Positions 28,388 to 39,700 of a stretch of 64,000 nucleotides of DNA are shown piece by piece. This DNA is from Kiritimatiellia bacterium (GTDB taxonomy: Bacteria > Verrucomicrobiota > Kiritimatiellia > RFP12 > UBA1067), in the NCBI GenBank assembly GCA_050949565.1, contig JBMNFY010000004.1:71821-135820 (forward strand), given 5' to 3'. How positions within the stretch are numbered: the first letter of the stretch is position 1; each line of letters begins with the position of its first letter. Position numbers and translations under genes: made by a program. The notes below the pieces were generated by a model. The model saw only the letters and a list, made by a program, of their open reading frames with translations. It did no database searches and had not been told where the DNA came from.

Positions 28388-30175
28388 ATGAGAATACCTG
28401 CGTTTTTGTTGTCTGTTGGATTGTTGCTTCCCACGCTGTGTGCCGGTGCGGCGCCTGCGTATACGCCGCTGCCGCTGGGGACGGGCGCCACCACGGCTTT
28501 TGCCGACCGTGCGCCGGATGATCAGAAGGGCGGCTGGACGGATCAGGGCAACAATGACCTGTCGGTCATCAAGCCGGGGACGCTGAAGATCTCGGACGTT
28601 CCGTTCACCATCCTGAGCGATGCCGCGACGGACGGCAAGTCGTGCATCGTTTTGGGCGGACCGAAGCGTGCATACCTGCCGCAATCTGCAAAGGTACCGG
28701 TCGATAATGTGCGGGGTGCGTATCTGTATCTGCTGCATGGCGCCGCCTGGTGCCCGCCGGCGGGCGAGCAAAAGGTGACGGGGCTGCTGCATATTGACTA
28801 TGTGGACGGTTCGACCGATGAGTTCCGCGTACGGTGCGGACGTGATGTCGCGGACTGGGCCAAGCCGGACGCCTACAAGAATGCGATCCGCGTCTGGACC
28901 GCGTACAACAATAATACGCAGGTCTCGCTGTTCGCCTCGAAGTTCAAGCTCAAGGATCTTGCGGTTAAGGCGATCCGGATGACGGCGCGTGAGAGTGCGT
29001 GGATGGTGGCGGCTATGACGATCGGCAACGACACGCGCCTCGCCGGTATCAAAAAACCGATGACGCTCGACAAGACCTATACAGCACCCGCGCTCGCAAC
29101 GCCTCTCCCGGCGGTACCTGCACAGGCAGTGCCGAAGAATATCATCCTGTTGATCGGCGATGGCATGGGGGGCGGCGCGATTGAACTGACCTCACGTTAC
29201 CAGCACAAGGCCGAAAACCGTTTGGTGATGCAGCAGTTGCCGGTTTTCGGCCGCTGTCATACGGTCTCGCAGGGATCGAATGTGACGGATTCCGCTGCGT
29301 CGGCAACAGCGATGGCAACCGGCAGCAAAACGAAAAACGGCCGTCTCGGGGTTGATCTTGACAAGCGCCGTCTCACGTCGGTTGCCGAACTGGCGCGGCA
29401 ACAGGGACGCGCGGTCGGTATCATCACGTCCGACGCGATTGTCGGTGCCACGCCTGCTGGATTTTACGCGCATGTCAATAGTCGGGGTTATTATTCGCAG
29501 GTCGCGGAGTTTGCCGCCGCGAGTGGGTTCGAAGTCCTGATTGGTAATGCAAACGGCAAGGTGTGGTTCGTCCCGGGGGACAAAGGGGGCAAGCGGAGCG
29601 ATACGCGAAATGTGCTCGCGGAGATGGAAGCGGCGAGGTATGCGGTGATTGAGAATCAGGAGACTTTTGAGCAGGTGCCGACTGATCGGCGTGTACTGGG
29701 TTTCATGGCCAAAGGCACGCTAGACAATGAAACCTGCCTGGGGCGTCTGACGGAGACCGCGCTTACGCGTCTCTCGCGCAATGATAAGGGCTTTTTCATG
29801 ATGGTCGAATGCACCATCACCGACGGCGGCGGTCACGGTAATAATCCCGAACTCACCGTTCGCGGTACGTTGCAGGTAGACTGGGCGGTTCATTCGGCAG
29901 TCGAATATGCGCGGAAGCATGGTGACACACTTGTGGTGGTGACGGCCGACCATGAGACCGGTGCGTTGACCTCAGCCCTGAAGGACGGCAAACTGACCTT
30001 CGATTATGCGACTACCAGCCATACCGACATTCCCGTGTATGTCTTCGCGTACGGTCCGGGCGCGGAACGCTTCGGGGGGACGATCGACAACACCGACATA
30101 GCCCGAAACATCGCGGCTCTCTGGTCGCTCACCCTGCCGCCGCCCGGCGACGTTCAACCCGATCCGGAAAAATAG
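28388..30175 (+). CDS. Secreted PhoA-type alkaline phosphatase with an extra ~230-aa N-terminal beta domain
   Basis: NIILLIGDGMG, VTDSAASATAMATG, ATPAGFYAH, GFFMMVE, DGGGH, VVTADHETG, HTDIPV, IDNTDI. Confidence 0.88.
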   Translation: MRIPAFLLSVGLLLPTLCAGAAPAYTPLPLGTGATTAFADRAPDDQKGGWTDQGNNDLSVIKPGTLKISDVPFTILSDAATDGKSCIVLGGPKRAYLPQSAKVPVDNVRGAYLYLLHGAAWCPPAGEQKVTGLLHIDYVDGSTDEFRVRCGRDVADWAKPDAYKNAIRVWTAYNNNTQVSLFASKFKLKDLAVKAIRMTARESAWMVAAMTIGNDTRLAGIKKPMTLDKTYTAPALATPLPAVPAQAVPKNIILLIGDGMGGGAIELTSRYQHKAENRLVMQQLPVFGRCHTVSQGSNVTDSAASATAMATGSKTKNGRLGVDLDKRRLTSVAELARQQGRAVGIITSDAIVGATPAGFYAHVNSRGYYSQVAEFAAASGFEVLIGNANGKVWFVPGDKGGKRSDTRNVLAEMEAARYAVIENQETFEQVPTDRRVLGFMAKGTLDNETCLGRLTETALTRLSRNDKGFFMMVECTITDGGGHGNNPELTVRGTLQVDWAVHSAVEYARKHGDTLVVVTADHETGALTSALKDGKLTFDYATTSHTDIPVYVFAYGPGAERFGGTIDNTDIARNIAALWSLTLPPPGDVQPDPEK

Positions 30176-30963
30176 ACGAGCAGGCTGACACCGTTAAAGA
30201 GCGTGTGCATGACGATCGGTGTCAGGATGGATCCGGTCGCGGCGTATCCCGCTGAGAAAGCGACGCTCAGGGCGAGCAGCGGCAGGAACGATGGCGCATG
30301 CAGATGCACCAGCGCGAAGTAGGCACCAGAGAGCAGGGCCGCATACGCAAAGCGACGGTGTCGCAGTAGTGCCCGGAACAGGATGCCGCGAAAGATAAGC
30401 TCTTCCACGACCGGCGCGATGAACACCGCCGCCGCAATTAGGCTGAGGCGCATGCCGCAGGGTACGCTGTCGTCCGTGAGCAGCAGGAAGACATCCTGCG
30501 GTGGTTGTTCCATGCCGAGGGCGTCGAGTGCAGCGCTGACCCCCATCGAAATCGCGGCCACCGGCGGCAGAGCGGCCAGTCCGAAGACCAGGCCCTTCAG
30601 ACTCGCGCGCCGTGCGGTGTGACGCGGACCGATGAATGTCGGCACGAACGCGGCGCGTGCGTAAAGCAGTGACGACGCCACGGCGCATCCGCCAAGCAGG
30701 GCGTAAAGCAACGCACCGACCAGTAGCGCATGTGCCTGAACCGGTTCCGTTCGAGGCGTGCTGAGCAGCGGCGGGAGCGCAAAAAAAAGAGTTGCGGCCA
30801 GTACAAACTGGACCGCAACCGTACCAAATGGCCCGCGCCTCAACTCCGGATGCACGGCGGGCTTGAGGCGTCGTGTTTGCACCAGCCCCAGCAGAATCAG
30901 GTCAACGCTGATCCCGAGTAGCAGCGCACCGCCCGACAAGACTGTGCAGAGTAACTGTGTCAA
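30154..30963 (-). CDS. CPBP/Abi family intramembrane metalloprotease (CAAX-like)
   Basis: Multiple TM segments; APVVEELIFRG, FALVH, MHTLFN. Confidence 0.88.
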   Translation of the reverse strand: MTQLLCTVLSGGALLLGISVDLILLGLVQTRRLKPAVHPELRRGPFGTVAVQFVLAATLFFALPPLLSTPRTEPVQAHALLVGALLYALLGGCAVASSLLYARAAFVPTFIGPRHTARRASLKGLVFGLAALPPVAAISMGVSAALDALGMEQPPQDVFLLLTDDSVPCGMRLSLIAAAVFIAPVVEELIFRGILFRALLRHRRFAYAALLSGAYFALVHLHAPSFLPLLALSVAFSAGYAATGSILTPIVMHTLFNGVSLLVYFSGSG

Positions 30964-30984
30964 GAGTCACGACCCAACCAATTC

Positions 30985-31190
30985 TTAACCATGAAACACA
31001 TGAAACTTCATGAAAATCAGGGGCGCTATTGGTGCAATTTTTTCGCCGAACTCGCGGAGCACCGGGAGGGGCAAGCGTCTGCTTGCCCGCGGACGAGCGA
31101 CGCTCGTCCCTCCCATCGCTCCGCACTTGAACGTTGAACACGTTCCATCCGCACTAACGCACTAATGAACTAACGAACTAATGCACTAAC
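30985..31190. repeat. REP doublet (31064-31114) flanked by CATGAAA-type, AACGTTG and GCACTAAC/GAACTAAT tandem repeats
   Basis: Exact reverse-complement copy of the GGGAG...CTCCC doublet; octamer array abuts the pnp stop. Confidence 0.85.
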
Positions 31191-31191
31191 A

Positions 31192-33306
31192 CTAGCCCTG
31201 CTTCTGTGCGTCGAGATCGCGCATGGCTTCGCGGCGGCTGAGCTTGATGCGGCCGCGGTCATCAACACCGATGCACTTGACCGTCATCTTGTCGCCGACC
31301 TTGCAGATGTCCTCGACCGAGCCGATGCGGCGGTCAGCGAGTTCGCTGATGTGGCAGAGGCCATCCTTGCCGGGCAAGATTTCGACGAAGCAACCGAACT
31401 CCTTGATGCCGGTGACGGTGCCCCCGTAAATCTTGCCTTCCTCGGCCTCGGCGGTCAACGAAGCGACCTCGTGCTGGGCGATGGCCAGCGACTCGGCGTT
31501 GTTGGCGAAGATGCTGACCGTGCCGTCGTCCTCGATGTCGATCTGCGCCCCGGAGATTTCGCAGATGCGGCGGATGTTCGCGCCGCCGGGGCCGATCAAC
31601 GCGCCGATCTTGTCCACGGGGATCGTCATGACGGTGATGCGCGGCGCGTGAGCGGCGAGTTCCGCGCGCGGCTCGGGCAGCACTGAGGCCATGAAGTCGA
31701 GGATCTGCAGGCGACCTTTCTTGGCGCGCGCCAGCGCGGCTTCGACGACGTCCCATGTAAGCCCGCGCAGCTTCAGGTCAACCTGGAAACCGGTGATGCC
31801 CTTGCGTGTTCCGGCCACCTTGAAGTCCATGTCGCCGCAGTGGTCTTCGGAACCGAGAATGTCGGTGACCAGAATCTTCTGGCTCTCGTCCTTACTGGTG
31901 AAGAGCCCCACCGAGACACCGGCGACCGGTGCTTTGATCGGGATGCCGGCGTCCATCAGCGCCAGCGAACCGACGCAGATCGAGGCCATGGATGACGAGC
32001 CGTTGGAGCCCATGATGTCCGAGACCACGCGGATGCTGTACGGATAATCCTGCGGCACGACCGGCGCGAGCGAACGCTCAGCAAGAGCGCCGTGGCCGAT
32101 CTCGCGGCGGCCTGTGCTGCCGAGACGGCCGACTTCGCCGACGCAGTAGGGCGGGAAGTTGTAGTGCAACATGAAGGACTTGCTGGGGTCGCCGCCGGTG
32201 ATGGCGTCGAGTTCCTGCGCGTCCTTCTTGGTGCCGAGCGTGACCGACCCCAGGGCTGAGGTTTCGCCGCGATCGAAAATCGCCGAGCCGTGAGCACGGG
32301 GCATGACGCCGATCTGCGCATAGAGCTTGCGGATCTCATCGTTGGCGCGCCCGTCGATGCGCTTGCCGTCCTCGAGGATGTTCCTGCGGACGAGGTCGAT
32401 CTCCATCGTGTCGAAGAACGTGACGAAGGAAGCGGCGTCGATCTCTTCCGGCCACTTCTCCATGGTTTTCGCCAGCAACTCTTCCTTGATCGCTGTGACA
32501 GCGTTCTGCCGTTCCAACTTGTCGGCGATGAGCAAGGCCTTGCGCAAGGCGGATTCACCATTGGCGTAAAGGAACGCCATCTTCTCCGCGTCGGGCGCGA
32601 CTTCCGTGATCACCTTTTCCGGCTTGCCGAGCATCCGGCGCAGCTCGTGCTGGGCGTCGACGATTTTGACGACCTCTGCGTGGCCGAATTTCATGGCGGC
32701 GAGGAAATCCTCTTCAGAAATTTCGTCGGCGGCGCCTTCCATCATCAGGAAGCGCTCGCGCGTGCCGGCATAGATCAGATCAAGGTCGCTCTCTTTGCGC
32801 TGGGTATGCGTGGGGTTGATCACGAATTCGCCGTTGATGCGGCCCACGCGCACACAACCGACCGGTCCCATGAAGGGAATGTCAGAGATATGGAGGGCGG
32901 CCGAGGCGGCGTTGACCGACAGGATGTCGGTTTCATTTTCGCCGTCCGCCGAAAGCACCATGTTGTTGACCTGCACGTCATTCCGGTAGCCTTCGGGGAA
33001 GAGCGGGCGGATGGGGCGGTCAGTGATGCGGGCGGTGAGAATCTCCTTCTCGCTCGGACGTGCCTCGCGTTTGAAGTAACCGCCGGGGAAACGGCCGGCC
33101 GCGTAATACTTCTCGCGGTACTCGACCTGCAACGGGAAAAAGTCGACGCCTTCGCGCGGCTTGTCGGTGCAGGTCACCGCGGAAAACATCAGGGAGTCAC
33201 CCAAACGGCACACCGTGGCGCCAGCGGCCTGACGGGCGAGCAATCCGGTCTCAATAGTCATCGTGGCTCCGCCCACCTGGACGGAAACCGAGGTTGTGTC
33301 TTTCAT
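31192..33306 (-). CDS. pnp: Polyribonucleotide nucleotidyltransferase
   Basis: [55 protein letters not shown] and S1 domains. Confidence 0.98.
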   Translation of the reverse strand: MKDTTSVSVQVGGATMTIETGLLARQAAGATVCRLGDSLMFSAVTCTDKPREGVDFFPLQVEYREKYYAAGRFPGGYFKREARPSEKEILTARITDRPIRPLFPEGYRNDVQVNNMVLSADGENETDILSVNAASAALHISDIPFMGPVGCVRVGRINGEFVINPTHTQRKESDLDLIYAGTRERFLMMEGAADEISEEDFLAAMKFGHAEVVKIVDAQHELRRMLGKPEKVITEVAPDAEKMAFLYANGESALRKALLIADKLERQNAVTAIKEELLAKTMEKWPEEIDAASFVTFFDTMEIDLVRRNILEDGKRIDGRANDEIRKLYAQIGVMPRAHGSAIFDRGETSALGSVTLGTKKDAQELDAITGGDPSKSFMLHYNFPPYCVGEVGRLGSTGRREIGHGALAERSLAPVVPQDYPYSIRVVSDIMGSNGSSSMASICVGSLALMDAGIPIKAPVAGVSVGLFTSKDESQKILVTDILGSEDHCGDMDFKVAGTRKGITGFQVDLKLRGLTWDVVEAALARAKKGRLQILDFMASVLPEPRAELAAHAPRITVMTIPVDKIGALIGPGGANIRRICEISGAQIDIEDDGTVSIFANNAESLAIAQHEVASLTAEAEEGKIYGGTVTGIKEFGCFVEILPGKDGLCHISELADRRIGSVEDICKVGDKMTVKCIGVDDRGRIKLSRREAMRDLDAQKQG

Positions 33307-33465
33307 CTATGCTTTACCTTTCAGCGAACAAGGACCGGAAAGCTCATGCGCCGGGAAAGACGGCGTGCTCTGAGAATGATGAGGTGTTCGTAAAAAGGTT
33401 CCGCGCATGCGGATACAAGCGCGGCCGCGCGGCGGAGCACGCCTACGCGGCCGATATGCCACAAC

Positions 33466-33729
33466 TTAGCGACGGAGTCCCAGTTCCTTGATGATCTTCT
33501 GGTAAACAGCCTCGTCCTCACGTTTGAGGTAGTCAAGCAGACTGCGGCGGGTGTTTACCTTGCGGATCAGCCCGTAACGGGAGCTGTGATCCTTCTTGTT
33601 GGCTTTCAGGTGCTCAGTCAGCATCTCGATCTCTTTGGTGAGAACGGCGATCTGGACTTCGCTCGAACCGGTGTCGCGCTCGTGGCGCTGGAATTGCTTC
33701 CGAATAGCTGCTCTATCGATCTGGCTCAT
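33466..33729 (-). CDS. rpsO: 30S ribosomal protein uS15
   Basis: [36 protein letters not shown]; canonical rpsO-pnp synteny. Confidence 0.97.
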   Translation of the reverse strand: MSQIDRAAIRKQFQRHERDTGSSEVQIAVLTKEIEMLTEHLKANKKDHSSRYGLIRKVNTRRSLLDYLKREDEAVYQKIIKELGLRR

Positions 33730-34109
33730 AAGTATGCTTTGCGGTCCTTGCTCCGCGTTGTTCTTTTTTCTGTTAACTTTCCGGCGCACACTATAAAGAA
33801 TGTCCCCGCCACATGTAAAGCGCAAATCAGGCCGGAAAAGCCAGACCACCCGCAGCGGGGAATGTCTCCTTAGACGCACCGCAGGAAAGGCCGTAACGAT
33901 ACGTGAACAGGCCCGGCATGTCAAGCGCACGGTTGCTCGGGTTACGATCCCACAGATGGACAAGATTACGCAGATTTTTTCGGGGGCGCTACCGCGCGGA
34001 GTTAACATTTAGTGCCTTATTGACCGATAAGGCACTAATACCGACCGCCAGGGTTCAACAGATTAAAATCACACCCCGGCAGGCAACCCTAGAAACCCTA
34101 GGAAACCCC

Positions 34110-34137
34110 TTGCGTCTTCGACAAAATTGGATAAAAT
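34110..34137 (+). promoter_or_regulatory. Putative sigma70 promoter for the acyl-CoA dehydrogenase gene
   Basis: TTGCGT-N16-TAAAAT upstream of SD AAAGG and ATG 34175. Confidence 0.45.
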
Positions 34138-34174
34138 GTCGCTCTCAATTTTTTTCAAAGAAAGGTTCGACGCG

Positions 34175-36244
34175 ATGAGTGAGACCCCGCAGACCATGAC
34201 GATGTTGCCCGGTGACGAGATTCGCCAGATTATGTGGCGCTACGCTGACCGGTACGACATTCAAATGGCGGTGATGGGAGCCCGTTCCGTGGCCCGTGGC
34301 CTCGTGGCCCGTTTGGTGGCTGATGGCGAGCGTGCGACGCACGAGTGGACCGAAGCCAAGAACAGCCTCTATCAGGCTTTCGATGAGTCGGGCATCACGG
34401 CGGCAGGCCTCGACATGGAGTACGGCGGCATCATCGAAGGCCCGCGTAATCTGGCGCTGAGCCTGCTCGCCTTTGAACTCTCTTGGGTCGACGGCGGCGC
34501 CTCAACCACCAGCCTGATCAATAACCTCGGTCTCGGGCCGATCGTTGAGAAGGGCACGCCCGAGCAGCGCGAGAAGTACATGCGCGCCTGCGCCCCGGCT
34601 CAGCCCGGCGAGGATCGCAAGCCGTTGCGTGCCGCCTTTGCCCTGACCGAACCGCTGCCCTACGTTGGTGTGGACACTGGCGTGGTCAGCGGCCGCGTGA
34701 CCGTGGCCAAGTGGGAAGAGGGCGAGGAGCCGATCTTGCACGTCGAGAAGCGCGGTCGCTTCCTGACCAACATGGCTGTCGCCAATGTGCTTACCGCTGC
34801 GGTCGATACTGGCGACCCGCGTATTAAATCCTCTTGCATGGTGATTCTCGAAGACACCGATCCGGGCGTCTTTGATCGTGGTGCGCCGACCCTCAAAATG
34901 GTCCACCAGCTTTCCAATACCCACGATCCAATCTTTAGCCTTGATGTCCCCGCCAGCCGTATCGTCGGCGGCTATACCATCAAGGACGGCGTGATCGTGC
35001 CCAACCTGACTCACAGCGAGATCATCGAAGCGGTTTTCTCACGGACGCGCGTGGCGGTCGGTCTGATGACTGCCGCCAAACTGCTCTCCGCTGTCGAGCC
35101 GGTTATCCGCTACCATCGCGAGCGTTATCGCGGCGCGGCCGGCATCGAGGCCGGTACGCCCCGTTACGATCAAGGCATCCAGATGAAAGAGGACGCCACC
35201 CAGCGTCTGACCGATGTCTGGGCCACCGGCGAGGCCGCCGCTTCGCTCGGCTTCGAGACCGCGCGCGCCCTTGACGCCCTCACGCCCGTGGAAAATCAGG
35301 TGCTCGCAGATTTCGCCGCCCAGGGCATCACCGGTCGCGCTCTGATGCGGGCGTTGCGCAAGCCGCAGGCTGATGCCATCGAGTTGCTGGATCAGCTCAG
35401 CAAGCCCGAGGCCGAGCGCGACGCAGCCCGCGTCGCGGCGTTGCAGGCCGACCCGCTCGTGCAGTACGTCTGGCTCAGCGCACTCTGTAACGTGCTCTGT
35501 CCGGCCACCAAGCTGTGGGACACCGGTTATGGTGCCAACATGCTGCGTGAGGCGGTCAGCCTGATGGGCGGCTACGGCATTACCGAGGACTGCCCGGGAT
35601 TCCTCTTCTACAAGTGGACCGATGCTCAGCTCGAAGCCACCTACGAAGGCCCCGAAGTGGTACAGCGCCGCCAAATCAGCGTCACCATGAACAACGAGGT
35701 CTTCTTGGCGCAAGTCGCCCAATGGATGGCGGAACTGCGTCAGCAGAACGCCGCCGCGCCCGGCAACGGCCTCGACACGCTGGCTGAAGGTTTCGCGCTC
35801 TGGCGCTGGACCCGCGATTTCATCCATGCTTCCAAGGATGCCGAAGGCCGTCCGCTCTCGCAGAGCCAGCGTCACGGCGTGCTTTTCCCGATGGCCGACG
35901 CGATTTCGTGGCTGCTGGCCGCGCGTTCACTTGTCGCCGACATTCAGGAACTCGCCGCCAAAGGCCCCGAGCATCCGGTGGTCGGTTCTGAGATCGCGGG
36001 CTACGTCAACACTTTCACCGATCTGGCACACATGCAGATTGCGCGCGCCGTCGGCGAGACGTGCCGCATCTGCGGCGAACTGGTTTACGGCTATGGTGCG
36101 GCCACGGCAGAGCAGTCGGCCGAGTTCCAGGCATTGCGCGCCAAGGCGGATATCGCGATGGCCGGTGCGCGCCTCGCCAAAGACCGCGCCGCCCGCGCAC
36201 TCGTGTACGTCATGATCCCCGAGGCGCTCGATTACCCGCAGTAA
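34175..36244 (+). CDS. Long-form acyl-CoA dehydrogenase family protein
   Basis: GTPEQREKYM, AAFALTEP, KRGRFLTN, EAVSLMGGYG, ATYEGPEVVQ. Confidence 0.88.
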   Translation: MSETPQTMTMLPGDEIRQIMWRYADRYDIQMAVMGARSVARGLVARLVADGERATHEWTEAKNSLYQAFDESGITAAGLDMEYGGIIEGPRNLALSLLAFELSWVDGGASTTSLINNLGLGPIVEKGTPEQREKYMRACAPAQPGEDRKPLRAAFALTEPLPYVGVDTGVVSGRVTVAKWEEGEEPILHVEKRGRFLTNMAVANVLTAAVDTGDPRIKSSCMVILEDTDPGVFDRGAPTLKMVHQLSNTHDPIFSLDVPASRIVGGYTIKDGVIVPNLTHSEIIEAVFSRTRVAVGLMTAAKLLSAVEPVIRYHRERYRGAAGIEAGTPRYDQGIQMKEDATQRLTDVWATGEAAASLGFETARALDALTPVENQVLADFAAQGITGRALMRALRKPQADAIELLDQLSKPEAERDAARVAALQADPLVQYVWLSALCNVLCPATKLWDTGYGANMLREAVSLMGGYGITEDCPGFLFYKWTDAQLEATYEGPEVVQRRQISVTMNNEVFLAQVAQWMAELRQQNAAAPGNGLDTLAEGFALWRWTRDFIHASKDAEGRPLSQSQRHGVLFPMADAISWLLAARSLVADIQELAAKGPEHPVVGSEIAGYVNTFTDLAHMQIARAVGETCRICGELVYGYGAATAEQSAEFQALRAKADIAMAGARLAKDRAARALVYVMIPEALDYPQ

Positions 36245-36257
36245 GCGAAGTGGCGAC

Positions 36258-36491
36258 ATGCCGATTTATGAATATGCCTGTTCGGTCTGCGGCCATGCCT
36301 TCGAGCATCTGGCGCGGACGCTCGATGACAAACCCGTGAAATGCCCCGCTTGCGGCGCAAAGAAACTGGCCAAGCAGTTTTCGACATTTGCGCCCGCCAC
36401 AGCGACCCCCAAAGCGTGCGGCGATTGCGCCGCCGCGCCTTCCTGCCCGGCGTCGCGCATGGGAGGCTGCGGCTACGGAGGTAATAGGTGA
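36258..36491 (+). CDS. FmdB-family zinc-ribbon protein
   Basis: MPIYEYACSVCGHAFE...KCPACG plus a Cys-rich tail. Confidence 0.9.
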   Translation: MPIYEYACSVCGHAFEHLARTLDDKPVKCPACGAKKLAKQFSTFAPATATPKACGDCAAAPSCPASRMGGCGYGGNR

Positions 36492-36516
36492 GAGGTAATA
36501 AGTGGAGAGGCGCTCA

Positions 36517-36728
36517 ACTTTTTGTGACCACCCAGTGATCATAAAGATGAGGTTAAAACCTTGCACCGCGCAGCCGCGCAACCGCGCTGCGCGCGGAGTT
36601 AACATTTAGGAGTTAGGATTTAGGAGTCACCGCGCGCCCCGTATTGCATGCCCTGCACGCGCCCGGCACCCATCTTCCCGCCCGTTTTTACACTCAAAAA
36701 ATCTGCGTAATCTGTGCCCATCTGTGGA
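36517..36728. repeat. Inverted copy of the 10420-10622 element with TTTAGGA heptamers in the middle, followed by ATCTG-type repeats
   Basis: 36630-36696 matches the reverse complement of 10446-10513; 36517-36563 matches the reverse complement of 10581-10627. Confidence 0.8.
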
Positions 36729-36768
36729 TGAGAAAACCCGAGCAGCACCACACCCCCAGAGGGGAAGG

Positions 36769-39700
36769 CTATTCGAAGTCGATGCGGTAGCCGAAGGCCT
36801 GTCCGTCGCATGCGAGCCGGAGCGTGTCGCCCTCTTGCGACCACTCGGCTGCACGCGCTGCCGCATGCCAGGCATCCAGCAGTTCCACGGCCTTGACGCG
36901 CGCGCGGGGCGCGCCCAATGCGCCGAGTTTGATCTCCGCTTTGAAAGACCTGCTGCCGGGTAGCGGGATGAGTGTCCATGCGCCGCGCTCGCCATGCAAC
37001 AACCGGAACGCGCCGTCCGTTGTGATGGGACCGAAGTTAAGCATCTTGCCGGCGATATTCAATTCGCGGTTTTTGTCTGCGGATTCGCTTTCAAGGGTGA
37101 AGCTTCCGCTCGTGAATGCGTTGCCGCTCTTGGCGACGGTTATCACACCGCCGCAGATGCGTCGATTGCCGTCATCCAGCCCGCGGATCGCCATTCGGTT
37201 TCCGGCGTCGGGGCGGAAAAGGCCGTAACGGACGCGGTAGTCGCCGGCCGGCATTGATGGCGGCACGGTAACACGCGCGGTGGCCGTGAATGCGCCCGCC
37301 CGCTTGAATGACGCGGGATCCAGCTTCATCGTCGGCTGGAAGGCGATTTTTTCCGAGCCGCCGTCCTTGGCCTGATCGTTGCAGATGTGCAGGAAGGGCA
37401 CGTATCCCTCAATCGGCGGTGTCAGTACGTTCCAGTGAAACTCCAGATCAAACACACCATTGCCGAGGTGTTTGCCCGATACGGTTGCGGACTCGATCTT
37501 CATGTGGGTGAGCGGATCGTATGGCGGTCGCGCATCGGCGAAGAAGCTCTTCTCGGAACGGGCGAATCCCGCGCGTTGTCCGTCGATCAACACCACACCG
37601 GCCTCGGCGCGGGGCGTCTGCACGTAGAATCCGTAGCGTGGCAGTTTGCGGTCGTTCGCCACCGTCCAAACCTGATTGGAGCCGCGGTTGGCCCAGACCT
37701 TGCCCCCGCCGCTGAAGGTGGTGTGCTGCTGATAGATCGAATCGCCGAATTGGTGCGTTTCGAAAGTTTCCGCCGCAAGCGTGTCGCAGACATCGTGCAG
37801 CAGCCAGTAGGTCATGACCGTGCGGCGCGAAAAGGGGCCGTCGCACATGGGGTTGCGTCCGCCCAGCACGGTGTTGGAGAGATAGTCATCGCTACCGTAG
37901 CCGTGTTCCGGACGGTTCCCCATCCGCCAGCCCAGTTCGCTGTAACGCGGGCCAAGCCCGCCCGCGAGCAGCACCATCTTGCCGTGCGAGGCCATGTCGT
38001 GCCACGGCGTGCGGTCCGCGTCACTGAAATCCTTTATCCAGCGTGAGGCTTCGAAGTGGTCTGCCTGGCCTGCATCAAGCGATCCGATCAGGGCGTCGGT
38101 GCCGGCTTCGCTGATCATCGGTGCGCCGCGCTTGAGGATCGAGCGGCAGGTGTCGAAGGCGTCGCACCACGCCTGCTGCGTGGCGTTCTTGTCGTAAAAG
38201 ACACCGTCGCGGTCGTAGTAATCGAAGGGCGCGATCGCGGTGAAGACGTCGATGAACAAGCTGTCCGGCGCGAAGCCGTCGCGCATCTGCCGCATGTTGT
38301 CGGTCATCCACGGTGCGAAGGCGTGCGGCAACCAGCGGTAGCTCTGGGCACGCCGCCCCTGATTGTACCACGCCCGCATCGGTGCGCCGGACTCAGTGAA
38401 GACGATGTGATCGTAGCTGTAACCCTCCGCGTCGGGATAGAAGTCGATGTAGTTGTCGTGCGGGCAGAAGAGCATGCCGGCCTCTTCGGCAGCCCGGCGC
38501 ATCTCAAGGAACGGTTCCAATCCGCCAGCCGGGGGATAAATCTCGGGAAGCCGGTAGTCGTATCCCCAGCGCTGCCACGCATGCTTCACGAACACTGCGT
38601 CGGTCACGCCGTAGCGCGCTGCCTGGCGCAAGCCCTCCGCCGCTTCTTGATAGTCGCCGCTCCACTGGTCGATGCACATGCGCCCGCCCAGCATGTCGAG
38701 ACCTGGGCCTCTTTCAAATCCGCATAGGTCGCGGTAGGCGCGCGCGGCGGCAAAGGCGCCCTGCGCGGAAGGCACAAAGAAGAAGGCCGCGTCATGATGC
38801 GTCTCGAGGGCGAAGCGCCGCGTCTCGGACACGTGGACCAGACGGTCGGGAAAGATGTCGCACGCCTGCACCAGACTAAGGCCGTTGGTGTAGTCCGCGC
38901 CGACATGGCGCGTGCTCAAACTGAATCCTCCGGCTCCCAGAGTGAACGCGCCGGGGTTCTCGATCACATTGCCGAAACCGGCATACGCGCGCCAGACTGG
39001 CAGTTGCGCCGCGCCCAGACCAAGGCGCGTGAAACGCGGCGTGCCGCGCCGGTCGCGCCGGACGCCCGGCATGTCCCACGCCACGCGCAGGGCGCCGTCC
39101 TCTGTCCAAAGGGTCGCACGCGCCGGCAGCGTGCCGCTCGGCGTTGCGACGCGGTGCGTAACGCGCCACTTGCTCCAGCCGCGCCGCGTCTCGATCGCAA
39201 GCACGGGCATGCCGTTCTCGACACCGCCCGCCGGTGCGCCGTCGATATCGCAGGCAAAGCCTCGGTAGATCAGGTCGCGCGTGCCGTCGGAAAAAGCGAT
39301 CACGCCGTCTGTGAGTCCTTGGCGACCGAGTGCGACCGCCGCGCCGAACCGCTGGCCGTGGACATTGAGCCGGAACGCGCCGGGACCGATGCCGAAGCGC
39401 TTGGTACGCGCATCGCGCGCACGCGCCACCGCTGTCCGCTCAAGCGCCTGCCACGTCTCCTCGTCCGCCAGCGCGGGCAGGGTGCCGACCGTCACCACCG
39501 GATCGCCCCAGTAGCACTGGTCACAAGTCGTGTCGTTCTTCGGTCCCGGTCCGGTCCAGAGGCGCAGCGTGACGCTCTGACCGGCATACGCGCTCAGATC
39601 GACCTCTGCGGGTTCCCATGTCTTGCTGGCGCTGAAGCGCGAGAAGAGTTCGCGCGTCTCGCCGTCCGCACCGATCACAAAGACCTTGTGCTCGGTGCCG

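Noticed and set aside
30154-30963. Abi-domain protein as abortive-infection defence
   Set aside because: CPBP proteases are common membrane enzymes, and this one sits downstream of rpsO-pnp with no defence context.
33730-34110. Riboswitch or ncRNA between rpsO and the acyl-CoA dehydrogenase gene
   Set aside because: Only a hairpin (TAGTGCCTTAT...ATAAGGCACTA, ~34009-34037) and repeat modules are visible; no known RNA family recognised by eye, and an Infernal/Rfam scan would be needed.
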